Shown here in pieces: positions 46,200-55,566 of a stretch of 64,000 nucleotides of DNA. The position numbers and the translations under genes are program-made. The first letter of the stretch is position 1, and each line of letters begins with the position of its first letter. Location: assembly GCA_030641715.1 (NCBI GenBank), contig DAOWGX010000015.1, positions 560-64,559 of the forward strand, read 5' to 3'. The stretch comes from Nanobdellota archaeon (GTDB lineage Archaea; Nanobdellota; Nanobdellia; Pacearchaeales; GW2011-AR1). Under the pieces are notes generated by a model that was not told where the DNA came from, made no database searches, and saw only the letters and a list, made by a program, of their open reading frames with translations.

Positions 46200-47255
46200 A
46201 TGGAATTACAAAGAAAAATTTCCTCATATTTTAATGGGGAGGAGTTTCCAAAGAATGTGTTAAAAAATAAAATTTCATTACTAAAAAAAAGTATTATAAA
46301 AGAAACTGGAGAAACCAAGTTTTTATCTTTTTCAGCATCTTATCAGAAAAAATATCATAATTTATTTACAAAAGAAAAAGTAATTGTAAAATTTGTAAAA
46401 CCATTCATAAAAACAAAAACCGATAAATTTCTTAAACCACTAAATGAATTTGTTAACTACATAAGAAAAAATTTTAAAAAAGAGGAGTTAGTTGGTGCAT
46501 ATATTCATGGAAGCCTTGCAACAAATGACTATGTAAGTGGATATTCGGATTTTGATGCAATTTTAATCATAAAAGAAGATGTAATGAAAGATGATTTTAA
46601 AATGATAAAAATTAGAAACAAAATAAAAAAAGCAAACACTTTTTTATATCTGCTAGATCCATTACAACACCATAATCTGTTTATTATCACTGAATTAGAT
46701 ATGAAATATTATTTCCAACCTACATTTCCAATAGAGCTTTTTAATTATGCAAGAGAGATTACGAATTATAAAAATATCTTAAAATTTAGATGTTTTTCCG
46801 AAGACGAACATTTAGATAAAATTTTTTTGTATAGGATAGATATGTTTTCCAATCCCAAAAAATATAAACTTGATAAAAAAAATGTATATGATATTAAAAA
46901 TGCTGTCCAAAATATTCTCCTCCTCCCAGCATTATACTTACAAGGAAAAAATAAAAAATATTTATATAAAAAATATTCTTTCAATAAAGCTAAAAAAGAT
47001 TTCTCAAGGAAGGAATGGGAAATAATAGAAAGATGCTCTCAACTTAGAAGAACTTTTTCATTTAAAACATATTATCCTTATTTTTTTAGAAAATTTTTAG
47101 GTACCTATGCTCATTATAAAATATTAAAAGCACTACATCTTTATTTAGATAGAAATAACACTAAAGAGATGATGCAAATACTCGGGGAAAATTTTTTATA
47201 TGATGCAAAAAAATTATCTAAAAAAATGTATGCAAAAATAAAAGATGGAAGATAG
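46200..47255 (+). CDS. Pol-beta-superfamily nucleotidyltransferase-domain protein
   Basis: GAYIHGSLATNDYVSGYSDFDAILII (hGS...DxD). Confidence 0.75.
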   Translation: MELQRKISSYFNGEEFPKNVLKNKISLLKKSIIKETGETKFLSFSASYQKKYHNLFTKEKVIVKFVKPFIKTKTDKFLKPLNEFVNYIRKNFKKEELVGAYIHGSLATNDYVSGYSDFDAILIIKEDVMKDDFKMIKIRNKIKKANTFLYLLDPLQHHNLFIITELDMKYYFQPTFPIELFNYAREITNYKNILKFRCFSEDEHLDKIFLYRIDMFSNPKKYKLDKKNVYDIKNAVQNILLLPALYLQGKNKKYLYKKYSFNKAKKDFSRKEWEIIERCSQLRRTFSFKTYYPYFFRKFLGTYAHYKILKALHLYLDRNNTKEMMQILGENFLYDAKKLSKKMYAKIKDGR

Positions 47256-48408
47256 ATTAATAAGCCTAATGAAAAAATCTACAATGATAGATAAGCCTAG
47301 GTATTACTCAAGAGAAGAATATAATAATGCTTCAAGAGAATATCTGAAGATACTTAATCCTAAAAAAAACAATATTAAATCAGTATATCAGGTAGGGTCT
47401 ATTGGAGTTCCGGGAATTTCCGATATTGATTATTTTATAGTTTATAAAAATGATAAAAATGATTTTTTTGGGAAATACCACATATTAAATCTTTCAAAAG
47501 ATTCTAAATACATGTTCTATCATAATTGTTGGTTCGTAAATGAGAAAGTTATTGAAAACCTTGGATACTGGTTTCCATTTTTTAATTTAGATAAGGTATA
47601 TGGAGATATAATCAATATAAAAAAAATTAAAGAAATTGAGATAGATTTAATTCTTGCCACCCAATATCTAATAAGTAAAATTCCTTATGACCTAATAGAT
47701 TATTCCATTAAGAGAAAAAAATTTTATCAAAGAACAATGCTTGTTTCTATACATTCATTAAGGCATACAGTCAAGCTTATAGATAGAATAGGATATGCTA
47801 AAAAAAATTGGTTAAGTTTTTGTGAAGAATTTGACAGATTCAGAAAAAACTGGTTCAAGGAAAAAAATCGGGAAGACAGATTAATAAAATTTTCAGCTAA
47901 GTCTATACTAATATCTCTCGATATAATAGAAATGTTTGACAAAATTTTAATAGAAAATTTTAATATACAAGCCCCAAAAGATTCATTTAAACTTCACTCA
48001 GGAAATAAAGATTTTTATTTTTTGAATAAATGGGATAAAGACAAAATATTAAAAAAATACATGATTCAGAAATTTAAAGACATTCGATACTACCCATCAT
48101 CTTTTGCATATTATCTCTATTTGAGAAGTATCGACAATGGTAATCTTGGAAAACAAATGAGGAAAAAATTTCCTCGAAACATAAAATATTCTGTTCCAAA
48201 AAATATTAAAACATCTTTTTCAAAGTATGAACAAATACTCAACGAATTTAACGAATTTAACAAGAAAAAATTCTGGATGACTGCTAATGGATATCATACA
48301 CTGTGGGCATCTTATTATGCAGAGAATTCTTCTCTTAATTATATTTATGATAAAATATTCAAAACGAGAGAGCTATCTATAATAATTTTTAAAAAAATTT
48401 TTAGCTAA
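47245..48408 (+). CDS. Second Pol-beta-superfamily nucleotidyltransferase-domain protein
   Basis: SVYQVGSIGVPGISDIDYFIV (GS...DxD); overlaps the upstream gene by 11 nt. Confidence 0.7.
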   Translation: MEDRLISLMKKSTMIDKPRYYSREEYNNASREYLKILNPKKNNIKSVYQVGSIGVPGISDIDYFIVYKNDKNDFFGKYHILNLSKDSKYMFYHNCWFVNEKVIENLGYWFPFFNLDKVYGDIINIKKIKEIEIDLILATQYLISKIPYDLIDYSIKRKKFYQRTMLVSIHSLRHTVKLIDRIGYAKKNWLSFCEEFDRFRKNWFKEKNREDRLIKFSAKSILISLDIIEMFDKILIENFNIQAPKDSFKLHSGNKDFYFLNKWDKDKILKKYMIQKFKDIRYYPSSFAYYLYLRSIDNGNLGKQMRKKFPRNIKYSVPKNIKTSFSKYEQILNEFNEFNKKKFWMTANGYHTLWASYYAENSSLNYIYDKIFKTRELSIIIFKKIFS

Positions 48409-48425
48409 CATTTCTACAGGTTTTT

Positions 48426-49055
48426 GTCAACTACCCCTGACTAAAGTCCGGAGCGTGACTAATCCCAATGCTTGCTCTGCGACTCCTCAATATGATACCT
48501 CCCCCTCTTCGTTGTAACACATCCGACACTCCGGGCAAAATAACCCTCGCTCCAAAACTTTTTATCCCACAAAAACTCTTGAAAAATTCAAAATGATTTT
48601 TCCTCATTATCCTCGAAGAGAAACCCTCCAGCAACTGAATAACCTGACAAGGTGCATAATTCTTGCAATTCGTTACAAAAAGGTGGATGTGTCCGGGTCC
48701 AAATTCCAAACAAACAAACTCACCATTTATCTCATTCAGTTTTTCCAGAAGATAAGTCTCGGTTAATTTCAAAACCCCCCCACTAGAGAAGATTTGTCTT
48801 CGATAAGCGACGGTCAACTGAATGTGATAGTTAAATTCACCGACGGCATGGTGGTAGTTACGTGTTTCAAATTCCATTTTAATCCTCCACTAAGTTTATT
48901 TAGTTTCAGAAAGTTACAACTACAATCGTTATTCAAAAAAGTAGGGTCAACTTCCTACTTTTTTAGAATCTTTTTTAGAATATATAATTACCGACGACGA
49001 AGTTCGCCAACAAATAGCACAATTCATCTCTCCACTAAACTGGAGAGATTTCCTG
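48426..49055 (-). mobile_element. Degenerate IS200/IS605-family element (tnpA only)
   Basis: End motif GTCAACTACCCCTGACTAAAGTCCGGAG at 48426, end hairpin ATCTCTCCA-CTAAAC-TGGAGAGAT at 49026-49049, enclosing a tnpA pseudogene. Confidence 0.8.
48459..48877 (-). pseudogene. tnpA: IS200 Y1 transposase TnpA, frameshifted
   Basis: YHIQLTVAYRRQIF, HIH (HUH motif); the conserved FWSEGYFARSVG...YHIEESQ block is in a shifted frame after about 48578. Confidence 0.85.
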
Positions 49056-49092
49056 ATGTAGCAAACTTTTAAAATGATTATTAAAATGATTA

Positions 49093-49979
49093 TTAAACAA
49101 TAGATTTATTCATACTTAATATACATTCCGAAGAATTTCCCCTTACAATCATACAGTCGAGATTTAGGTTTTCAACCTTTATTTTTTTTAGTTTGAGATA
49201 TTCAAATAGGTGACGTTCTGAAGTGTATCTAAAGTCTCTTGGAGGGGTTATAAATAGAAGATTTCTTAATAGCATAAAATTATGATAAAATAACAAACCT
49301 TTTCTTGTTCCTCTTTTCTTTTTAAATACAAAATTTATGAATTTAGTATAAAATTTCTCTAAGAAAAAAGAAATATGGATAGCTATATTTTTGTTTGGTA
49401 TAAATAATCTTTTTATGACTTCGTCATAATATAGAACTCGCTCAGAATAAACATTCATCAAGTTTTCATTTCCTACTGCTACTATATCATTGTAGACACT
49501 ATCCTGTCCTATAAATTTTGGCGGAATATACACCACCGATTGATCTAATTTGCTATAATCTATTTGATTCAAAGGTAAGATATCAAATCTAATTCTAAAT
49601 ACATGTTTATATTTAACATTCTTCTCATTAGAATAAGACTTTCTTACTTTATCCACTAAAAAAACTTTATTGAGCTGATTCAAATGTCTATTGAATGTCT
49701 CAGCTTCTTCTCTTAAAAAAATTTATTATAATTTAAACTAACAATCTTTTCATGTTTTTTTACTAAATTCTCAGTCTTCACTTTTAATACCTTTGTTGGG
49801 TTCAATAAATTTACCTTATGCGTATCTTTATCGTCTTCTACACAACAAAAAATGTCGTAATCTTTTTTATTTTCTCCAAGAGGATCTAGTAAGTTTTTTT
49901 GAATGTATGGATAGCATAGGTCTAATGATCTTGCCTGTCCAGAAAAGCAAAATGCGACCTTCTTAATCTTAATCTTCAT
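49093..49979 (-). pseudogene. Putative glycosyltransferase (KVAFCFSGQAR family), split by a frameshift in a T7 run
   Basis: ORFs 49713..49979 and 49093..49683 join into one frame if the T7 tract (49715-49721) is T8; RIRFD and NDIVAVG motifs lie in the second part. Confidence 0.75.
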
Positions 49980-50301
49980 TTTCTACTATATATTTATCTC
50001 CTTTAACGGAAGGTATTTTGACTACGACATTTTTTGAATCTGTTACAGCAGAAAAGGCAACTACTTCTCCAGGCATTATAAGAATTATATCTCCCTTGGT
50101 ATATTCTCTATCATTCATTTTTACAGTACCTTCTAAAATATATGTTATCTCTTTTGCTACCTTGTGGTAATGAGGCTCTTCTAAATCTCCTGCAATATAC
50201 GTCTTCACTGCAACTTCACACTCTTTCGACTGAAGACACGTCGGTTCAAAATCTCCTATAAACCGGCCTTTGATCATATTTTTATGAGAATATTTCTTCA
50301 T
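49969..50301 (-). CDS. Cupin-domain protein
   Basis: MIKGRFIGDFEP...EVAVK...HYHKVAKEITY...VVKIPSVKGDKY. Confidence 0.88.
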   Translation of the reverse strand: MKKYSHKNMIKGRFIGDFEPTCLQSKECEVAVKTYIAGDLEEPHYHKVAKEITYILEGTVKMNDREYTKGDIILIMPGEVVAFSAVTDSKNVVVKIPSVKGDKYIVENED

Positions 50302-50351
50302 GTGTGTTTGTGAATATAAATATTTATAAGTCTATTGATGTTTTTTTACAC

Positions 50352-51146
50352 ATGATTAAAGCCGTAATATTTGACCTTGATGGTGTTTTGGTAGATGCTA
50401 CAGAATGGCATTATGGGGCATTAAATAGAGCATTGGCCTTATTCGGATTTAATATCGATAGGGGTCTGCATCTTTCAGAATATAACGGACTTCCAACAAA
50501 AGAAAAATTGAAAAGATTATCCAATCAGAAAGAATTTCCATTATCTTTATTAGAATTTACAAATGAGATGAAACAAAAATATACTATACAAGAAATTGAA
50601 AAAAATTGTAATCCTGTTTTCGAAAAACAATTTATGATATCTAGACTAAAAAAAGATGGTTATGTTTTAGCAGTTTGTTCTAACTCAATAAAAGAAAGTG
50701 TATTTAAAATGTTGAATAATTCAGGCATTTTAGATTATTTTGAGATGACTGTTGGAAATGATGAAGGGTACCCAAATAAACCTAGTCCGGTTATGTATAT
50801 TGAAACTATAAAAAAACTTGGCGTTTCTCCAAAAGAAGTTATTATAGTTGAGGATTCTCCCCATGGAATTAATGCAGCTAAACTTTCTGGAGCTAATGTC
50901 TGTGAAGTAAAAGGATTTTCAGAAGTTAATTATGATTTGATTAAAAAATTTATTAGAAAAATAGAATCACAAAAAAACAAAGGAAGTATCGATAACATAA
51001 GTAATGATACCCTTGAGTTAAAAAATGATAAAGCGGAAAGTATATGTGAGATTTATAATCTCCTTGGAGAGAAGTTAAATACCGATTCTAGTGAAAATAT
51101 TTTGAGAGAAATAAAAGGGATTTTAACGAGGGAAATAAAATGCTGA
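50352..51146 (+). CDS. HAD-family phosphatase
   Basis: IFDLDGVLVD, CSNS, KPSP, VEDSPHG; start ATG 50352. Confidence 0.92.
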   Translation: MIKAVIFDLDGVLVDATEWHYGALNRALALFGFNIDRGLHLSEYNGLPTKEKLKRLSNQKEFPLSLLEFTNEMKQKYTIQEIEKNCNPVFEKQFMISRLKKDGYVLAVCSNSIKESVFKMLNNSGILDYFEMTVGNDEGYPNKPSPVMYIETIKKLGVSPKEVIIVEDSPHGINAAKLSGANVCEVKGFSEVNYDLIKKFIRKIESQKNKGSIDNISNDTLELKNDKAESICEIYNLLGEKLNTDSSENILREIKGILTREIKC

Positions 51147-51880
51147 ATATTATAATTCCGATGGCGGGGAAAGGTTCTAGATTTATAGAAAAAGGATATA
51201 CTTTTCCAAAACCTTTAATCGAGATTAAAGGGAAACCTATGATTCAATTAGTAGTTGAAAACTTAACTCCTAAGGATATTGACCATAGGTTTATTTTTAT
51301 AGTCAGAAAAGAGCATTGTGATAAATATGCCATAAAAGAACTTCTAGGTAGCATTGCTCCAGATTGTATAATAATTCCTATTGATCTAGTGACCCAAGGA
51401 GCTGCATGTACTGTTTTATTAGCGAGCAAGTATATTAATAATAATGATTCTCTTTTAATTGCAAATTCTGACCAGTACGTTGATTTTAATTTTGAAGATT
51501 ATCTTAAATTTTCAGAAAATGGTAACAATGATGGATCAATCTTAACATTTCCTTCAAATCATCCAAAATGGTCATATGCTAGGTTGGATGATGACCTGAA
51601 TGTTATAGAGGTCGCTGAAAAGAAACCAATAAGCGATAAGGCTACTGTTGGGATATATTATTTCAAAAAGGGGAGATTGTTTTGCGAGAGTGTAATGGAT
51701 ATGATTCGTAAAAATATCCGAGTGAATAATGAGTTCTATGTTTGCCCGGCCTATAATGAAGCAATCCTTAACAACAAAAAAGTATCTATTTATAATATAA
51801 CACGGGATCAAATGTGGGGGATTGGAACTCCGGAAGATTTAGAACTTTTTTTGGGCAGTGATATCGCTAATAAAATCTAA
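51140..51880 (+). CDS. BcbE-like sugar nucleotidyltransferase / GT2-fold protein
   Basis: IIIPMAGKGSRF..GY.FPKPLI, TQGAACT, ANSDQ, HPKWSY, AEKKPIS, NNEFYVCP, GIGTPEDL. Confidence 0.88.
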   Translation: MLNIIIPMAGKGSRFIEKGYTFPKPLIEIKGKPMIQLVVENLTPKDIDHRFIFIVRKEHCDKYAIKELLGSIAPDCIIIPIDLVTQGAACTVLLASKYINNNDSLLIANSDQYVDFNFEDYLKFSENGNNDGSILTFPSNHPKWSYARLDDDLNVIEVAEKKPISDKATVGIYYFKKGRLFCESVMDMIRKNIRVNNEFYVCPAYNEAILNNKKVSIYNITRDQMWGIGTPEDLELFLGSDIANKI

Positions 51881-51881
51881 T

Positions 51882-52631
51882 ATGGAAATTTTTGCACATA
51901 GAGGTATTGGTTTTGGTTTGACAGAAAATTCTATTGAGGCTTTTGAGAAATGTCTAGATAATGGGTTCTCTATAGAAGTAGATGTTCAAAAAACTTCTGA
52001 CAATAAATTAATATTACTCCATAATAAATTCATTAAGGATTATAATGGGAAAAATATTAATATAGAGCGATCTTCATTTAATGAAATTAAGTGTCATGTT
52101 TACTCTTTTAATTCTTTGTTAAATATTTTTTCAGGAAAGAAAAATAATTTAAAAATGGCAATTCATATTAAAGACGAAAATCAAGGTGATATTTTAAAAT
52201 TGGTATGTAATGAAATTTTTAATAAAAAGTTAACTGATCGCTGTTTTATTTTTGATGTTACAAAAAATGGGAGGGATAAAATAAAAAAAATCAACCCATT
52301 AATTAATATTGGTTTTTCTGTTGGAGAAAAAAGACACTCAAAAACAATTTTTTTATTGGAAGATTTGGATAAAGAGAACTACGACATTGTTTGGTGGGAT
52401 TGGTGGGGATATGAAAAATTATATACTAAAAAAAATTTAGAAAGGATTAAAAATTCACTGAAAAAAGTATATGTAATTTCTCCAGAATTGCATAAAGAGG
52501 GTAATCATCCCTCTGCTAGAAATTTGAATAGAATAGAAAATGTATGGAATGATTTAATTTCGTTGAATGTCGATGGTATCTGTACCGACTATCCCTCGAG
52601 GTTATTTAATTTTTACAATAAACATCATTAA
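51882..52631 (+). CDS. Glycerophosphodiester phosphodiesterase-like protein
   Basis: FAHRG...ENS..AF, IEVDV, HIK, SPELH, DGICTDYP. Confidence 0.85.
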   Translation: MEIFAHRGIGFGLTENSIEAFEKCLDNGFSIEVDVQKTSDNKLILLHNKFIKDYNGKNINIERSSFNEIKCHVYSFNSLLNIFSGKKNNLKMAIHIKDENQGDILKLVCNEIFNKKLTDRCFIFDVTKNGRDKIKKINPLINIGFSVGEKRHSKTIFLLEDLDKENYDIVWWDWWGYEKLYTKKNLERIKNSLKKVYVISPELHKEGNHPSARNLNRIENVWNDLISLNVDGICTDYPSRLFNFYNKHH

Positions 52632-52665
52632 CTTTGTCCGAATAACAAACAACATGGCGTTTTCA

Positions 52666-53170
52666 TCATCTTTCTACTAATGCCTTTAATCCACCTATAA
52701 AAATAACTGGACTAGACATGTGATACCTGCTCGAAGTTATTTTATTCCAAAAAAGTTTGTTTGCATAGTAAATTGGATAGAATAAATTCCTAATTAAACG
52801 AACTATAAAGCCAAATCCTTCAGTCCCTCGCTTGTCTATAAATTTTATTTTCTTAAAGCCTGCAGCGCATAAAACATAAAGAAGACTGCCTGATGTAAAT
52901 AATGTTTTATGAGTAAAGTCTTCATACATCCAATAGCATCCAGTGTTTGATTGGGCGTTTGGAACTATAACACAAAACTTTCCTTTTTCTGTCAAGGTAT
53001 ATTTTCGGATGGCAATTAATGTTTTAATTATTTCTTCTTTATTTCTTGGACCATCAGTTCCAATAAAAAGTTGTTTGGGTTTCATTTTTTTATCCCCTAG
53101 AATGTTCTTTTACTAAATCTAGCCTATTGAAAACAGTATAAAGTATTGGAATATCGTATTGTTTTCCCAT
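52666..53170 (-). pseudogene. Chimeric pseudogene: HlpA-like GT N-terminus fused to a methyltransferase C-terminus
   Basis: MGKQYDIPILYTVFNRLD (frameshifts) MKPKQLFIGTDGPRNKEE, then IIKTLIAIRK...VPNAQSNTGCYWMYEDFTH. Confidence 0.75.
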
Positions 53171-53269
53171 AGTGAATGTTATCCTGAAAAGTTTTTATAT
53201 TTAGTCGAATTAAAAATGGCCATATAAGAAGTACTTTTATTATTTCGTTCTAGACAACTAAGAAGATTA

Positions 53270-53835
53270 TTTTATAAGCCCCCAATCTTATCCCACAACT
53301 TGAAAATTTATTCCTTTCTTTCTTGTAAAATCTTGAACGGTATTTAATACCCTAACCATACTAATATCATGACCTGCCAAAATTCCTCCAGCCTTAACTT
53401 TCAGATAATAATTTTCTAAATCTTCCAAAACATTTTTATAACTATGATTTCCATCAATATATATATATAATCTACAGTAGGAACTAAATTTATTGCCTCG
53501 TTTGAATACTTCTTCATCTAATTAACCTCCGAGTATTTTCTTAACCTTTTTTTGGCAATCTTGTTTATCTTATTCAAAAACGATTTCTTCACCTCGCACC
53601 GATCCTCTCTTTCAGAGTTATCGATATAATCATTATAGGGATCAACAAAATATATTTTTTCAATATTAAGATTATTTAGAATGTGTTGTGCATTTACTCC
53701 CCTGGAAGTTTCAATCTCTATTGCAGTAATCTTTTTATTTTTAAATAACATCATTACCTCTTGCCTTGTTATATACCTATAATTACCTGCCGTTTTTCAA
53801 TAACTCTATAACCAAGATCCAATTTTTTATAAAAT
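53270..53835 (-). pseudogene. Degraded class I methyltransferase (Methyltransf_24-like); ends approximate
   Basis: Fragments AIEIETSRGVNA...VDPY and, after stops/shifts, YIDGNHSY..VLEDLENYY.KVKAGGILAGHD. Confidence 0.75.
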
Positions 53836-53839
53836 ATCC

Positions 53840-54859
53840 TTAGAGATTAGTCTCCATCAGAGCCTTTATAATTTTTCCCCCACAGTTATTCCAATTATAT
53901 TTCTTCATCAATTTGGCCCTAATTCCGATTTTCTGCTTTTTACTTAATTTTATAACCTCGTCCATCGCCCGGAAAACTGATTCCGAATTATAGATATCAC
54001 AAGCACCTGGAAGCCCAACACCAATTTCCTTTAACGAAGTTTTATTGTTAAACACCACGGGAGTTAAATAATTATATGACTCAATTAAAGGTAATCCGAA
54101 CCCTTCTATAGAGGACAAAAAAATTGTAAATTTAGCATCTCTATAGTATCCCGCAAGTTCCTCATCTGTCATTTCCCCATTGGAAAAAATTCCCTTATAA
54201 TTCGTTCCCTTTATCTTATTATATTCTTTCAATAACTCTATAGACCTTTCTAAATTTTTATGAGGGTTTCTGTTTCCAATTATAAAAACATAACAGTCTT
54301 TTTTTATTAGAGGTTTTTTACATTTATATTTCTCAGAGCCCAAAGGAACGACGATAATTTTTTTTGAAGTAAATTTACTAATCTGATGTTTCGAAAAATT
54401 TGAATTTGTAAAGATTAAGTCAAATCTTTTTGCAGAAATAATTAAGAGAATAGAAACAATTAGAAAAGATAACATCCATTTTTTTAAATAATATAATGGT
54501 ATTAAATCATGCATAAATCCAATATATTTTATATTTTTATATTTTTTAAAAGGGACATGTCCTTTCGGAAAAAATAATAAATCCAATTTATTTTTTATTG
54601 CAAATTTATTAGCGGACATTGGATAAAAAAATAATTTATTAAAAACATATTTCCTCCGGTTTTTCTTGATTATAAATTTTTTACATTTAAATTTTTTAAA
54701 ATATTTTTTACTTTCTTCATTCAAAATTAAGATAATTTCCAATCTTTTCTCTTTCTCCAATTCCTTCAAAATATACCTAACAACTTTAAGTATTCCGATT
54801 GATTTTGTTTTTTTGAGATTTATATCTGCACAATAATAACCTATTTTCAATTTTTTCAT
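53840..54859 (-). CDS. GT4 glycosyltransferase
   Basis: MHDLIP, NSNFSK, PHKNL, SSIEGFGLPLIES. Confidence 0.92.
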   Translation of the reverse strand: MKKLKIGYYCADINLKKTKSIGILKVVRYILKELEKEKRLEIILILNEESKKYFKKFKCKKFIIKKNRRKYVFNKLFFYPMSANKFAIKNKLDLLFFPKGHVPFKKYKNIKYIGFMHDLIPLYYLKKWMLSFLIVSILLIISAKRFDLIFTNSNFSKHQISKFTSKKIIVVPLGSEKYKCKKPLIKKDCYVFIIGNRNPHKNLERSIELLKEYNKIKGTNYKGIFSNGEMTDEELAGYYRDAKFTIFLSSIEGFGLPLIESYNYLTPVVFNNKTSLKEIGVGLPGACDIYNSESVFRAMDEVIKLSKKQKIGIRAKLMKKYNWNNCGGKIIKALMETNL

Positions 54860-55536
54860 TATCTTATAATCTGAACTTCATTTAAATATCTCAACCCCAT
54901 CAAACTCCTCCAAACCTTCCCCCGCGAATGTCCAAAATCCGTAACCAGTCTATAAAACCATTCCAATCCGACCCCTCTAAAAATCCTCGGCGCCTCTCTT
55001 TTCTTCTCCAACAAAAAATCCATTGCTGCCCCGACATTAAAATAAAAAGTAGAATATTTTTTATATAATTGATTAGCCAGAATCTCTTGTTTAGGATTCC
55101 CAATACAAACCCAAACATAATCAGGTTTAAATTTCCCCAATTGTTCCCCAACTTTTTCAACTTCTTTTTGAGGAAAAACCATACATTTTATATAAGGAGG
55201 ATTGTACGATTTCGCCTTCTTTAATTTAGGAAATTTTTCAATCAGCCCGGCAAGGTCTTCTTCAGAGAGGCCTACAAAAAAATGTTTTTGTTTGCTATTA
55301 AGTTTATCTTGGAAAAAATCTCTTGTAAATGAAGGCCCTCGAATTTGTTTCGTTCTTAAAAAAAAACTTAATATCTTCCCATCTGGAAATATAAAATTCT
55401 CCGAAGACGATACAGCCCTTTTAAAAATTGGCTCGTTGTTAAATAAATAAACCGAATAAAGATTCTGAAAATTTAGAATTCCATCTTTGCTCGATTTTAG
55501 TATCTCTTGCGGAGTTTTTCCCGTAAAATCCATCAT
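54859..55536 (-). CDS. WecB/TagA/CpsF (GT26) glycosyltransferase
   Basis: FPDG, IRGPSF, VWVCIGNPKQE, VGAAMDF, GLEWFYRL. Confidence 0.92.
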   Translation of the reverse strand: MMDFTGKTPQEILKSSKDGILNFQNLYSVYLFNNEPIFKRAVSSSENFIFPDGKILSFFLRTKQIRGPSFTRDFFQDKLNSKQKHFFVGLSEEDLAGLIEKFPKLKKAKSYNPPYIKCMVFPQKEVEKVGEQLGKFKPDYVWVCIGNPKQEILANQLYKKYSTFYFNVGAAMDFLLEKKREAPRIFRGVGLEWFYRLVTDFGHSRGKVWRSLMGLRYLNEVQIIR

Positions 55537-55566
55537 GATATTCCTAGATTTATAATATATAAAAAC

